From Lama guanicoe (Eukaryota): 64,000 bases of DNA. The notes below the pieces were generated by a model. It had not been told where the DNA came from. It made no database searches and saw only the letters and a program-made list of their open reading frames with translations. Both the position numbers and the translations under genes were made by a program. This document shows positions 13,168-26,479 of the stretch, piece after piece. Position 1 is the first letter of the stretch. Each line of letters opens with the position of its first letter. The DNA is taken from NCBI GenBank assembly GCA_013239625.1, contig MU054001.1, positions 3,168,151-3,232,150 on the forward strand, written 5' to 3'.

Positions 13168-16100
13168 TGGGCAGAGTAGCCCACACCCTCCTCAGCACCA
13201 AGTTTCCATTTCTGCCCAGCACCCAATGAAAGGAAGCAGTTTTCAAAACATGTCATCCACGAATGAGGCAAGCAACAGATGAATGGAATTACAGCAACTC
13301 CCCAAGTCATCTAAAGTGTGGCCAGCGTGGCTAGAATTCCTGGAACTGAACTTTCTAGACAAGTGGGAGAAGTGGATCAAAGGGAGTTTCTTTTTTAAAA
13401 GGGAAGTGGATCTGTGCTACGATACTCAGAACAGGGGTGACTGGGGAAGACTGATTCGGTTCCTTCCATCTTCCTAGCCTTGGTGGCCTTACTGGAAATT
13501 CCTACCCTCCCAGCTTCCCATCCCCACATCAGGGCGAGGCCCCTTTCTCTGAAGAAAATAGAAGTTGCAATGCTTGGCATATTGATTCAGAGCATATGGT
13601 CCAAAATATTGTTTGCTATGGCTCGTGGGCTTATGATATTTAATTTAAAATAGATTTTCCTAAATAAAAAGAGACTTTATACAGATGGCCATTAAAAGCA
13701 AACCGTTTTGCTGCTCGGCATTGTTAAAATACAATGTTTTTAAAGCATTTTATAGCACGTTGGCCCTTTGGCAAGAATGGAGCATTCCGAGAAGATGGAG
13801 ACTTGGCGTGATGACAAGATGGTCCTGATGCCATTGTCACAAGTCCTATTCTGGGGGCAAGTTTTACCTCCGAAGGCTCGATTTTCTCTTGTACAGAAAA
13901 TTTCCTGTCTACATCCTGAAGTTATATTCAGATCTGAGAAGGTCCGACCCTTGAGATCAAGCAGCTGAGGTGATGGCCACAAACGCTTCATGATGTCATT
14001 TCTCGTTAAACAGGAACAGATTGTTTCCACAGCAAACATCTAGCAAGCGCAAGGCCAGGTGTTTTCCCATTTTCCATGTCTCCTCCAGCGGTAGTGGGAG
14101 CATGGTGGGGCTTGCTTTTTCTCTCTCTCTTTTTTTCGGTCTCCTTTAAACCATTACCTGAGGTTGAGGACTGCCGCTGAAAGGGTGGCCTGGTTTTGTA
14201 AAGGCCTGGAGGTCAGTCCACGTACAAGTGAAGTGAGGCTGGTCTACACGGAGCATGTGAGGAGTGGTTGTGCTACTCCGGGTGATGGAGGATGATCAGA
14301 GTGGTTACAAAATAAAAATAACTTCTGATTCATCTCACGGACGACCATACCATGAATTATGTTAATCCAGCTTGGTTTCTTCAGCCGGTACATTTTAGGA
14401 CCTCAGAAGAGGGCAGGAGACCCAGCGGGTAGAGCCCACTAAGCTGCTTAACCATGAAACACACAATGGAAAATGACATGGAAAAGAATCGATGGTGTGG
14501 ACTTGCAGGCTTCAACGCCGAGTGGGAACATTCTGGGCAGCCCCGGCCTCCATCTTCCATCCTCCTCACAAAACCAGTCACAGACAATATCCTCTGGAAT
14601 ATGATCAGGAGAGAGCACGTATCTCGGGGTCCAATCTCCTGAGCTGGCTTTTATGATGCAATGACAGCCGCTAAAGACTTCTGTGGGAAAAGCTGATACT
14701 TGAGAAATGGTTTCGTATTAGTTCAGGATAGAAGAGAAAGCTGATAGCAGTTTCTAGATTGTCAGTAATCCTTTCTTATGAGTGGCCAAAGAGAAACAGC
14801 CCACTTCCTGATGGAGGCTCAGAGCAGCGTGGAGGTACAAGAACAATCGTTCCCAACGCAGTCCCGTCTGTAATTAGCAATGCCCCAGCCGTGGCGTGGT
14901 TTGCTTTTCTAGTTCAGTAACCTTTAACAACACTTGTAATCAGCTGGGTTTTTAAAAGCGGGGGCGAAGGCCAGGGGAAAGAGTCACATTACACTCAGCA
15001 CAGCAGGCCTGGAGAAATGCTCACTGCTGGACACACCTTTCTGCCAGGGTGGCTTTCTGTGCCTTTGTTTGAAGGGATATAAACAAAGCTTAGGGGAACA
15101 CAGGAGCGCTTCTGCAGTCCCCTGGGGTAACTTTGTAGGGGAAGCTGTCTCCTTTGTCCGTGGACTGAGGGATCGGGTTTGCAGGCAGACTGAGGATGGC
15201 AACCCTGCCTTTTGGGGAGCTTTGGGGACAGTTGTTTGTTTACCTGGTCTGTACCTGGGTATCAGGTGCTTAAATGGGGCATAAACCTGCCAGGGCTTGA
15301 AAGAGTCAGAATACGTATCTGAAGGAATTAACAAAACCAGAAGACACCTTTGCCCAACAAAGCAGGCAAGGCCCCTGCTGGGGTCTTTGCAATTCAACTC
15401 CAGAAAATTCTTCAGATGAGTTATCAATTAGCACCCGCTGTGGTGAGCAGGAAGGTAAATATTGATTTGTAAAGTTCCCATCTCCGTGGCTGTCTTTGAA
15501 TGAACTCACGAGGATTGACCCCTCTTAACCAGGCATTAAAATTAAAGAAAAAAAAAAAAGGAGCTAAGGTTTTTTTCCTTGTTAAGATGATTTTTTTTCT
15601 TTTTATAAAAAGCACTGCATGTTCAGTATAAATGAATTAGGAAGTCTAGCTAATAGAAAAGGAAAATGCAAAAGCATGTATAAGCTGAGCACTCAGCATT
15701 AGCTACTGTTAACTGTGGTATATGACATTTCAAACTTGAAAAAACACATTTACAGACAATTTCTAACAAAACTCAGGGCAGGGCGTACACACTGTTTTGT
15801 AAACCCCTTGTGTCACTTTTGAGTCTCTGTTGTGGCCATTACTTGCAACGGATAAATCTGCATTTACATCATTTTTAATGGCGGCTTGGTATTATATGTC
15901 ACGATGTGCAAAAGCTTATTTAATCAAGCCTTTGTTTTTAGACGTTCAGACGGTTTTTTGGGGTGTTGTAATCTGCTTCCGTGAACCACCTTCTGGGTAA
16001 ATATTTACATTAAAGTATTATTGTTGTTGTTGTTCAAATGGAATACCTTGGTGATGCTTTGGAAAGTTTTCTGAGAACTACACCCAAGGCAAGAAGCTGG

Positions 16101-17164
16101 CATAAACTCAAATGAGCCAGTGGCCGTCTAAACATGTCTGAATAGAAGATGTGAGTGGAGTTGCCCAATAGGTGTGACTGAAATAGTAAAATAGGAAATG
16201 TTAAAAGAAATTCTGTAAGAATATCAGGCAATGAACCAAATTGTACAGGGCCACCAATGACCTGTTAGATGCCTGCCATCTCTAATTTCTAAGCATACTA
16301 TTTTAGGAGCCTCTGTTTTTATAACACATAAATGCATGTGGCATCTTCCTGGGTTATTTGGACCAAATACTATAATTCTTCAAACTCAGCAGGCTGTTTT
16401 AGGGATTACAAAAAAAAAAAAAAACCTGGTTCAAATGGTGATAGGGAGCTGAGGGGAGATGTCAAAATGACAGTGCTAAAGGGGAAAATGCTAGGACAGA
16501 GCAGGTCTAAAGTCATCCTTAGTGAACTCAAAATATATGATTTGATAAAAATAATCTTAAACTCTGCTTTCAAGGAGAGTGTTTATATGGAGCATGGGCA
16601 GCAGTGAAGAAACTCAGCAGACAGCCCTGGATATGGAGGGCAACCATGTGGCGGGGCTGTCACCACCTTCCAGTCCTTGTAGGCTGGACACAGCTAATCA
16701 GTCAGACGGCTCCTCCCTGAGTCCACACCCAGGCCCAGAATCCTCCATCCAGGCCTCCAGGCTGTGATGACCAGCCTATTGGAATTAGCACTGGAGCTGG
16801 TACTTGGCTTTTATCTCTGGCCCAATGGGCTTACACCAATAAGGGATGTGCTGGAGGAAGGGGGAGGATTTAGTTTGTTAGGAAAGTGAGAAACTGATGT
16901 CTGGATTAATGGAGCTAAGAGACAGGAGAAGGGCATTCTGCTGAAAAAGGTGAGACTCTCTCCTGGTGGAACAATCCCAAAGAGGCCTGTTTTTCTTTAC
17001 GTAATTAGGAATTTTAATCTGCAGACTTTCCTGCAGTATTTAATCACAGCCCCTCCCCCCACTAGGATGAAGGGGGGCACCTATAAATGACTGTGTGTCA
17101 GCAAATTGAAAGCTCTCATTTCTATATACAGATCTTTCAACTATTCAACATTTATTGTGTGTGT

Positions 17165-17660
17165 TTGTCTTCAGTTGGTTTACCCGAGAAAGAGGAGCCT
17201 GAGGCAGGACTTGCGTGCAGCTAATTTACTACGGAACTTGAGTTCTGGGAACCTCGGTGAGGGACTGGAAAGAGCAACGCACACAATGAAGAAAAGCTGA
17301 TATGAGGATGTGGGCTACATTCCCCCTGGAGCCATGGAGGAGCTTCTAGATTCTTCCTCAGCCTTATCTGCTGACGGACCTGAGGAAGGGAGTGTTTAAT
17401 CCATGTCTCCACCTCTATAGGTCAAAGATTACCAGAGGAACAAGTCTCTTGCACTTGCGTGGGTGCCAAGTGGGTTTCTGCTGGCAGACCTGGAGTAGAA
17501 AGTGACAGTGCGGCCTGTGCCGAGGGCTCTGGGACTGTCAGATTCCCCTCCTGTGAGGCGGGTTGCTACAGCTGTGGCTGGAGGGAAATACATCCCAAGA
17601 GAACATGAGGAAGGGCTGCAAGAGGTGTCAGATGCGGCAACTCTGCACCAGCCCAGGGCT
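17165..17660 (-). mobile_element. LTR16-like ERVL LTR
   Basis: tgtcttcagttggtttacccgagaaagaggagcctgaggcaggacttgcgtgcagctaatttact. Confidence 0.55.
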
Positions 17661-17696
17661 GATCACGTGACCCATCACCCATGGTGCCACATGGCT

Positions 17697-17840
17697 GTGT
17701 CACCGGAGAGTAGGTTCCTGTCTTGTACAGGAAAGAATTCAAGAACAAGCCATCGTAAAGTGAAAGCAAGCTTATTTAGAGAGATACACATTCCATAGAC
17801 AGAATGCAGTCTGTTTCAGAAGAGAAAGCCACCCCCGGAT
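17697..17840 (-). mobile_element. Short ERV1-type LTR 3' fragment
   Basis: tgtcaccggagagtaggttcctgtcttgtacaggaaagaattcaag...aaagtgaaagcaagcttatttagagag is an antisense U5/R end with a poly(A) signal. Confidence 0.55.
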
Positions 17841-18189
17841 TCACTGTGGTCTCCACAACTCCCTATCGCTTTATAGTCCCATCAAACCCAGTACCTGACC
17901 AGCCCCTGTGGACATTAGAGTTTATGACTCCTTTTCGGATTCCAGTTTGTCATTTGCTTTCGTTATTTAAAAATTCTGTTTTCTAAGTGACTAAATAAAC
18001 AGTGGAGATTTAAATGACTTCCGATGTTAAATTGCCTGGTTCCGTGCTCTGAGACGCAGTCTTATTCTCCAGAAATAACTAAAATAAGACTTAGAGTTAC
18101 TCTCTCTGCCTCTAGAACGGGCTGTGAGGACTTCAAGAGTCATTGAATCTCTCTGGTCTCAGAGTCTTATGGTTCCTTTCATGATTATG

Positions 18190-18541
18190 GTAGTCGTTCT
18201 TGCCTCCGGGCCCCACTTCCTGGCCCTCTGGTGATTGTGAGGGGGCCACGTGACTACTTAAAGTCAATGAAATGTGAGTAGAAATGGCATGTGTCACTTC
18301 TTGGCTGAAGGTTTTATTGTAGGCATGTGACTCCCAAAGTTCCTTTCTTCCTTTGGGTACAGTAGCTGGCAACAGTCAAGATGGCGGCTGCTCCCTCAGC
18401 CTGGGTCCCAGGAAGGCAAGGATGAACGCAGTCCTCTGCCAGCCCATAATGGCTGCCCCGTGAGCCATAGTTTGCTGACCGATTTTAAGCTGCTGATATT
18501 TCAGGATTCTTTGTTATTATGCCCTATCCTGACTGATGCAC
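18190..18541 (+). mobile_element. MaLR MLT1H/J-like LTR
   Basis: ggccacgtgact...caatgaaatgtgagtagaaatggcatgtgtcacttc...cctatcctgactgatgca. Confidence 0.7.
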
Positions 18542-18972
18542 ATGGACTTACACCCTTTCCTGGAAATTGGGTTCAATGGGTGCTAGGATTCTAAAACAGT
18601 GCCTGTGTATTAATATGATTCTTTTCAAGTTATTTCCACTTAGTGTTCTTTTCTTTTCTTTAATCTTCTGAAACGTCCAATCTCCCTACCTAATGCTCAT
18701 ACTCTTTTTAGGACACAGCAACAAGTAACTCGTGCCCTCAAAACTACCACTACCCATTTTTATGATATTACATCTTATTTTTTCTTGTATGATAGAGATT
18801 TAGACATTGATATAAATATAAATATTTGTGTCCTTTCTGTTCCCCACTGAACATTATCTTTAAATTTTTTCATTATTGTAACTTCTTTTAAACATGATTT
18901 TAAATGTTTTTCATTATTATATTGATGAAATAGTTATCTTATTTGTGGATATAGTTTCCAACTATTTCTTAT

Positions 18973-19665
18973 CATTCATTCACTAGCAAGTATTAACTGA
19001 GTGCCTAGTATGTACCAAGTTCTACTCGAAGGGCTGGGAACAAAGAAGCAATAAGACAGACAAAAGTCCATGCCTTCATGGAATTTATATTCTATGGAGG
19101 AAGACACACAAGTAACTTATGAAGAAATATTATGTATTATAATTTCAGATAGTACCATGTGCTATGAAGGAAAATAAAGCAAGCAAGGAATCACTGTCAC
19201 ATAGAAGTATTAGAAGTAATAAAAGAATTAGAGACACTCTTTCTGAGTAAGTGGCAGCTGAATTGTGGGAAAGAACAAGCCTTAGGGGCTGATGGGAGAG
19301 CGAGTTTATAGGCACGGAGGCCAAAATAAGCATGGTCTGTACCAGGACTGGACAGTCCAAAATGACTGGAGCCACGTGAGCAGGGAGAAGGCAGTTAGAA
19401 GATAAAGATGCCAAACTACCAAGGGCATTGTAGACCATGAGAAAAAGTTTACATTTGATCGGTGGGCATTGAAGAGCTTTGCAAGTGGAAGAGTAGCATC
19501 ATCTGATTTAGCTTAAAAAAGAAAAAAATCACTCTGGCTGCTGAGTGGAGAATGGCCAGTTGGAAAGGGAAGGCTTGGCAGCGGGGAGGGCAAGCACAGA
19601 AGCAGAGGGAACAGAGAGGGGCGGTTGTAGAAGCTCATGTAACAGACACGGGCTGCTTCACACAG
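18973..19665 (-). mobile_element. L2 3' region (resumes at ~21095-21180 after the Charlie insertion)
   Basis: cattcattcactagcaagtattaactgagtgcctagtatgtaccaag...aaaatcactctggctgctgagtggagaatgg. Confidence 0.8.
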
Positions 19666-19667
19666 GG

Positions 19668-21089
19668 CAGCAGACTCCAAACATTTTTTCTTGTTCACCC
19701 TAACAGGATTTTGAAAAACCGTTAAGTTCTTCCCCACATTTTTAAGTTGACATCTAAAATTTTCCAACCTAGGTATTAAGTAGTTACCAAAAAGTGTAAT
19801 TTCTGCTCATTATATATGTTGACAACTTAAAATAAAACTGTTATGTATCACACTTTTCAAGATATTTAGTTGAAGTTAAATGCCATAATTTATCAAATAC
19901 CATGTCAAGTGTGCATTCACTTTAAAAGTACACTAACAAGCTTTTCCATGACAGTAAGTTATTTTATTCTGTTCTTTATCTTTTAACTCATATTTTTATT
20001 CTGCTTTCCATTACATTTCCCTACAGATTTTTATCCTAATGTCATATATTTTAATGTCTGAAGGTCTTTTATTGATTATCCTAGCATATTCTCTACATCA
20101 AAATTACGTGTCAAAATTAGAGTCTTTTTAAATTCCTAAAGCTCATAAAGCCTTTAACCAATGATTTTTTCTGATTGAATTATCAGAAATTCTAATACAC
20201 AATTAACTATAATAGTACACAGTTGGCTACAATAACATAAACATATTCCTATCACATACTGATTGCAATAACATCAACTATTAATTACTAACACAAAATT
20301 GATGGCAATAAAATAAACACATTACAAATGCTATTGAATAATGATTAGACATAAAAAACATAAAGTTTATTAGAAATGCATCTCTTCAGGGGATTAACAG
20401 AGCTTTTTTTGCCCTTGAATTTTTCCCTTTTTTTAAATTGCTGCTAGAATGAGACAGAGCTCAGCATCAATTCTATCCTAATTTTTATTTTTATTGATAT
20501 AAGTGCTAAGAAAACTTATCCACATAAATATGTTAATAGAAGTGGAAGGAGTTGTACTGCAGCAAAAACTGTCAATGACTTGACCTCCTTCTGAATTATA
20601 TGCCAAAATATATGACAAGCTGATCTGTCTTCGAACTATGTTGTAATGACCTATTAGCTCAGTGGGTCCTTTCCTCATTTTGTTGAGCACCCGGAACTGG
20701 AAGCAATCTGACTTTACGAAGGATTGTCCCAGTCCTTGGATCCACTCCTCTAGTTCCTCTCACCAAGGAACCTAAGGGGTTTTCCACCCCAGGGTGAGGT
20801 GCCACCGTGAGCTCAGGAACGGATGCTGAGTAAGCTTTTCTGCTGTGACAGATGAAGAAGGTAACTGGGGAAGGACAGTTGTGAGAGGAGCAGTACCAAG
20901 ACTGTCAGCGACCTCGGCATCCTTCTCAGGCAGATCTGTTTGGAGAAAGAGAAAAGGGAATTTGATTGCCTTAGACTATTCAGCTCTTGTACGCCTGGGA
21001 AAACTTTCATGGAAACCCACAGACGCGAAAAACCCTGGTTTCAAGTCCACTGAGCTCGGTTTTAACAGTGAAAGTGGTGAGAATTACTA
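19668..21089 (-). mobile_element. hAT-Charlie/Buster-type DNA transposon fossil with the C-terminal dimerisation domain, nested in an L2
   Basis: Reverse strand ~20435-20610 reads FWHIIQKEVKSLTVFAAVQLLPLLLTYLCG*VFLALISIKIKIR-(fs)-RIDAELCLILA, matching the hAT signature FW...LLPFxxTYLCExGFSxL..IKTKxRNRL. Degenerate TIR-like ends: cagcagactccaaac at left, tgagaattactag at right (right end tentative). Confidence 0.75.
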
Positions 21090-21639
21090 GAGTTAGAGTA
21101 AGTGTGAAAGGCTCATACTTGCTTGCTGATGGAGTAGATATGGGGTATGAGTAGGCAGAGGGAGTCCAAGATGTACCTCAGTGTATGAGGAAGAGGGGTG
21201 GGTATAAGGGAGTCTGATACACAGTAATGAATTTTATAATCTCAGTGGCTTGAGAAACAGACATTTATTTTTCATTCAGGCAAAGTCTGCTGGGTTAAGA
21301 TTGACTCTAGGATTCAGGATTTCTCCAAAGCGTGATGCTGCCACGTCAACACATGGCATCCAAGGTTCTACAAAAGAGAAGGAGAATGGAGCTCCAGGGT
21401 TTAACTTTCTTGTCCTGGAAATAACTCCAGTCACTTTTGCTTACAGTCCATTGGCCAGGGCTAGTCACCTAGTCCCAAGACGATTGCCTAAGAGGCCGGA
21501 ATGGAGGAGACCATAAGGGCGTTTTGTGAGGACTGTCATGGCCATGCTGCGTTTTGGTGTGTGAAATTAGATGAACAATGTTTCTGAGTGGGAAAATAAT
21601 ATTTGCATAGATTCATTGCAAACCAGAGTTTTTTTTTTT

Positions 21640-23070
21640 GGTGGGGGGCGGATAATAGTTTTCATCTAGAAGAATAAACAGGCAAGACCAGTGGAGGGAA
21701 ATAGGAAAAATAACACCAATGAGAAGGATGTGCCTTAAGAAATATTGAAATATATAACAAATCCAAAATTATTACAATGGATAGTTTCAAAAGAACAAGA
21801 GAGAAAAACCCTGAAACAGACCTTAGTTTATATAAATTCTTAATGTCTGAAGAAAGACAGACTTGTGGGCACCTGTACCACTCTATGTACCATTACTGAA
21901 ATAAATTACAGGTGGGTTAAAAAGTTGAATAGGAAACAAAATACTTACTTCAAGAAATGATCTTGAGATAATTTAAATAATCACCTATATTTTTCCTTCA
22001 AGAAAAAATGTAGGTGATTATTTAAATCACTTCAAAATGAGCAAGGAATTCCAAAGCATAAAGCAATAGAAGAAATCATGAAAGACTAAAGGCATCTGAG
22101 AATATACTAATTTTTATCAGTAGGCAATACAAACGAAATTAAAAGGCAAATGACAAACTGAGAACAGACACTTAGATAACCATGAGACAACGGGTTAACA
22201 ATCTCAATTTAAAGAACTACAAAATTGTGATGCTGCCCACATGCCAAGTTTTAATAAAAAATAAGGGAATTCACACTAGAAATAAAAATAGCTAAGAAAG
22301 ACCATGGCATGCAACATAAAATAAAATAATATTTTTGATCACCAAATTGTCAGATAATTTTAAGCTGTGACTTTAGCAGTCAATGCTGGTAAGCCTTTAA
22401 TGCAAATGGTGATGACATACTATGTATGCTAGGGGAAGTGTAGGCTGGAGCAAATGTCCTGAAAGCAATTTGTAATATGTAATCAATACCAAGATGTTAA
22501 AATGTCCATGCCAACGTTCTGTATCTGGCAAATATACATACCTGTGTGTATTCATTGATCTGTACAAGAGTTGTGTGCTTTCCTATGTATAAATTATAAT
22601 CTCAATTTAAACGAAGGGGGAAGGAATATTTATATTCTGCCTACAATCATTAAAAATTTTATATTCTTTAACCCAGTAATTCCACTGCCATGGATTATCC
22701 TAAAGAAATAATAAATATATAGTTAAAATGTGTGTATAAAGATGTTTACTACAGGGTAACTTACAAGAGTGAAACTTGGAAAAAAATACCAATATACTGC
22801 AAAATAGGAACAGATTATTTTTAATATGGTAATTTTCTTAAATGGAATTACAAGAACATTTTGTTAAACTGAGATAATTATCATAATATGATGATCAATA
22901 GTAATTCAGAATAAAAAACTTTATAGGATATAACTTGGTCCCATTTTAAAATATATTCCTATGGAAACATATGCCTAGAAATGAAAATGTATAAAAATGT
23001 TAAAACAGTAATAGTAGTTATCTCTGAGTGATTTTTTATTTTCCTTTTCCTTCTCAGTATTATCCAATTT
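21640..23070 (+). mobile_element. Highly degraded L1ME fragments
   Basis: A-rich stretch with aaattaaaaggcaaatgacaaactgag and ctttaacccagtaattccact motifs. Confidence 0.6.
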
Positions 23071-23689
23071 TAAATAATTAACAACATAATAATTAATAAA
23101 TGATGTTAATAAAATAAATAGAAAAATAATTAAGTGCAGTCCCAGGAGGGTCTCCTACTCTCCAAAAATGGCCCTCAGGCTTTTGGAGGAAATTCAGCTT
23201 TTGCCAAACTCACAAAATCATTAGTAGTCCAGTTCGGTCCCCAAAACCAGATCCATCATTTAGGCGTTGGTGCAGTGCTGTACAGAGGAAAGCATGTTGG
23301 GTTGTAAGTTACAGGTTAACTTTCGATGTGGTCGTTACCATGACTGCTCACCAAGGAGATTTACAACAAGGAGATCCTGAAACTCAACACACCCTTTGAA
23401 ACATTATAGGTGAAGAGAGAACAGAAAAGCTGGCTGGATTTTGTTTATCTTACAGGAGAAAATTTGTCACTTTAGTCCGGTAGAACTCACCCGTCATCAT
23501 GGGCAGTTAACTTGGGAGAATATCTTTTTCTGCCTCTGTCTGTAGTAACACTCTGATGCCCCCTAGGCTTCGTCTGACTGGGGGTGGTAAGAGAAGACCA
23601 GGAAGATAAGGATGGCAGACTCCTACGCATCTTCACTTTCTTCTTGACAACACCCTGATTTTGTTTGTGGTCCAGCTCTAGGGAATGAA

Positions 23690-24081
23690 ACATGATTATT
23701 CCTTATGGCCATCCCATGTCTTCTGGGCAAATATTCTCTTTCACATCCTTCCTTGAAGCTGGATGTGGACCAATAGAAGAATAAGTCTAGCTTTTCAGGG
23801 AAAGCTTTTCTTCTAAGATAACAAGACAGAAGCTTATGAGGAAACAGCCTTTTGCCTCTGCCTCACTGTCCCACTGGAAGGCAATCATGATGCCTGGAGC
23901 CACTGCAGCCACCTTAGGACCATAAGAAAAAGCTTAGGAGAATTCCATAGAAGCCAACCCAATGCTCTGACATGGTTTAGCTGCAGAACCAGCTCTGGAG
24001 AGTCTGTAAGTTTCCTGAGCAATTAAGCTGTTGGTGTCTAGGTTTTGTTATTTGCAGCTAAATGCTTCTTAATTAGATACA
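23690..24081 (+). mobile_element. MaLR MLT1J/K-like LTR
   Basis: tgatgcctggagccactgcagccacctt...ttttgttatttgcagctaaatgcttcttaattagataca. Confidence 0.65.
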
Positions 24082-25031
24082 ATGACACTTTACAGATGGC
24101 CTTGATTTGCTCATGATCTTGTTCCTAACTTCCCAAATACGGATTTGTGGCTATCTGGGACACCTCTAATGGGGTTTTCTAAACATGACTATACTCTGGC
24201 AAACTAACTTGGGAAGTGCAGAAGGCCTTGACAACAGTTAAATCAGATGGGGCCCGCCCCAGTTAAATCTTTCCAATTCAAGGATGCTTGAGACCTCCAT
24301 TATTCCTCCTGCCCTGGTGTTTATCATCTTCAGTTAACTTGCCTGGTGGCCAATGTTCTAATTCTGTTCCCTGGATCCACTCTTTGGGAGATGTGCTATA
24401 TTTAGAAACATCTATGCCTGTTGCTTACAAATATTTTTTTTAATTCCTTGGTTTGTATGGGCATAGCTAGCAGAGTTGACAAACAAACTCATGGAAAATG
24501 TATTTTTATCTAAACATGTCTATCAGTATCTTGTCATGAGCTTCTTAGTAAGAGTCTACCTTAACCCATAAGAGTCCGTCTAATAGCAGAACTTTGGGCC
24601 AGAGTTTTTAAAATAGGCAAACTCTTTGATATCCATGCAAAGGACTGCCTGTCTGTCAGTGCGTAAGTCCAGCTTGAATTACTCCCACAGAGTTACAGAC
24701 AGACACACATCCTGACACACTCCTACATAATCTGAACTCAAGTGCGTAAACAAAAGAACTTTTAAAACAATGATCCATCTAAAGATTTTAGACAACTACG
24801 TGATGTTAGCACTCACCCCAGTTACTAGCGAGAATGACCTAGACTCAATGTCCCCACTCTCTGACAACATGTGACAATACGTATTCCATACCCGAACACT
24901 GCCAGGGATGTGAGCACGGAATATTGCCCTGGATATCAGGGCTTTGGACCTAGTCCTCTTTCTGCCGTGAATTCACTCTGATTTTGAGCAAGTCCCTTCC
25001 TCTCTCTGGGCCTTAGTTTTTTGCTTTTTGC

Positions 25032-25033
<2 letters not shown>

Positions 25034-25069
<36 letters not shown>

Positions 25070-25091
25070 TGTGTGTGTGTGTGTGTGTGTG
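25034..25091. repeat. Interrupted (TG)n microsatellite
   Basis: Directly visible. Confidence 0.95.
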
Positions 25092-26445
25092 GTATAAAGA
25101 GATGAATTGGACCAGATAATCTGAAAGGCTCCAATCTGCTTTCAGATCCTCCTGCCTAGGAATGTAGACAAACAGAAAGTTTTCCCTCCTTCTATTAGAA
25201 GATGCCCTGGAAACCTGAAAAATGATAATATTTGGAATGCCAGAGTTTACTGAGAACGTACTGTAGGCCAGGCACTAGACTGTGAACAGCTTTTTGTGTA
25301 TTACCTCTCTCTTATTCCTTAAGATAACTAACCATTATCATCTCCACTTTGCCAATAAAGAAGTAGGTCTGAAGGGCCTCCATGATTGGATCCCACAAAT
25401 GAGAGGAAAGAGCTTAGGTTCCAAAACCCATCCTCTTCTCCATCACATCACCCTACATCCAGAAGGAATTTAGCAAGGGTCCAGCAGTATTTACAACAGC
25501 ACCTGAGCTTAATTGTAGCAAAGAACAAGACTCAGGATTCTCTTTATTTCTGTCTGAAATTAAGCATGCATACCAGTAAAATGTTGTAGTTCATATTTTT
25601 TTGGAGGCTGTGTTTTGGCTCCCATGGGTAAATGGCGTCTTCTTGCTAAAGGCTCTGATAGGCAAAGAACAATCTGCTACATTCCATCATGGGAGTCCCG
25701 TCACCAAGGCTTTTTGTGTCCTGTTATGATTTGGGTTTTCGCGCATCGCTGTCGCTGAATCCCATAAACATCCCCAGAGTTCAGGATATTGTAACACTTA
25801 CTCTAAAGGTATTGTGAATATGCTGAGTAAAAACACACTTGCCCTCTGTAAGCTGTGGTTTTGCTTTGAAATCTCTGTAATTAACACATTCGCATTTCAG
25901 GCACTGGGTATTATTGAGTTCAAAGAAACAAAGATGTATTTCATCTTTTTTTTTTCCCCTCTAGATGATTCATCAGTTCCACTCCTCCCGCCCACAGACG
26001 TCTAAATTTCAGTTTTCTGCGAAGCTACAAAGCGTGAACTGGCATCTACGCATTAAGTCAGAGGACACCAAGTGTTAAACTGCAATACCGCCAAGGGTTT
26101 GGTGTCAACCCTCTTAACCTGTTTTCCGGTGGAGGCGTCATTAACAATGCTCTTTGCCCTTGGGCACTAAAAGGAAAAGACTCCAGTAACCCTACACCAG
26201 CAGTTCCACTTAAGTAACTACCTGATGCATGGTTATCTTTCCAGGCTATCCGGTGAAGGGGGTGGAAACATTTGCTTCTGTGTCCCTGGCAAGCTGGTTA
26301 ATGCTTGTCAAAGCAACGGCTCTCTGTTCGCTGAGGCTCCATCTCTGATCCGTATTTGAATTTGAACACTTGTGATAACCAGATAATGCTCGGGTTTGTG
26401 TGTTTACTGGACTATGAGACAGCACAAACTTCAGCATGTCCACTT

Positions 26446-26448
<3 letters not shown>

Positions 26449-26477
<29 letters not shown>
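26449..26477. repeat. (AC)n microsatellite
   Basis: Directly visible. Confidence 0.95.
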
Positions 26478-26479
<2 letters not shown>

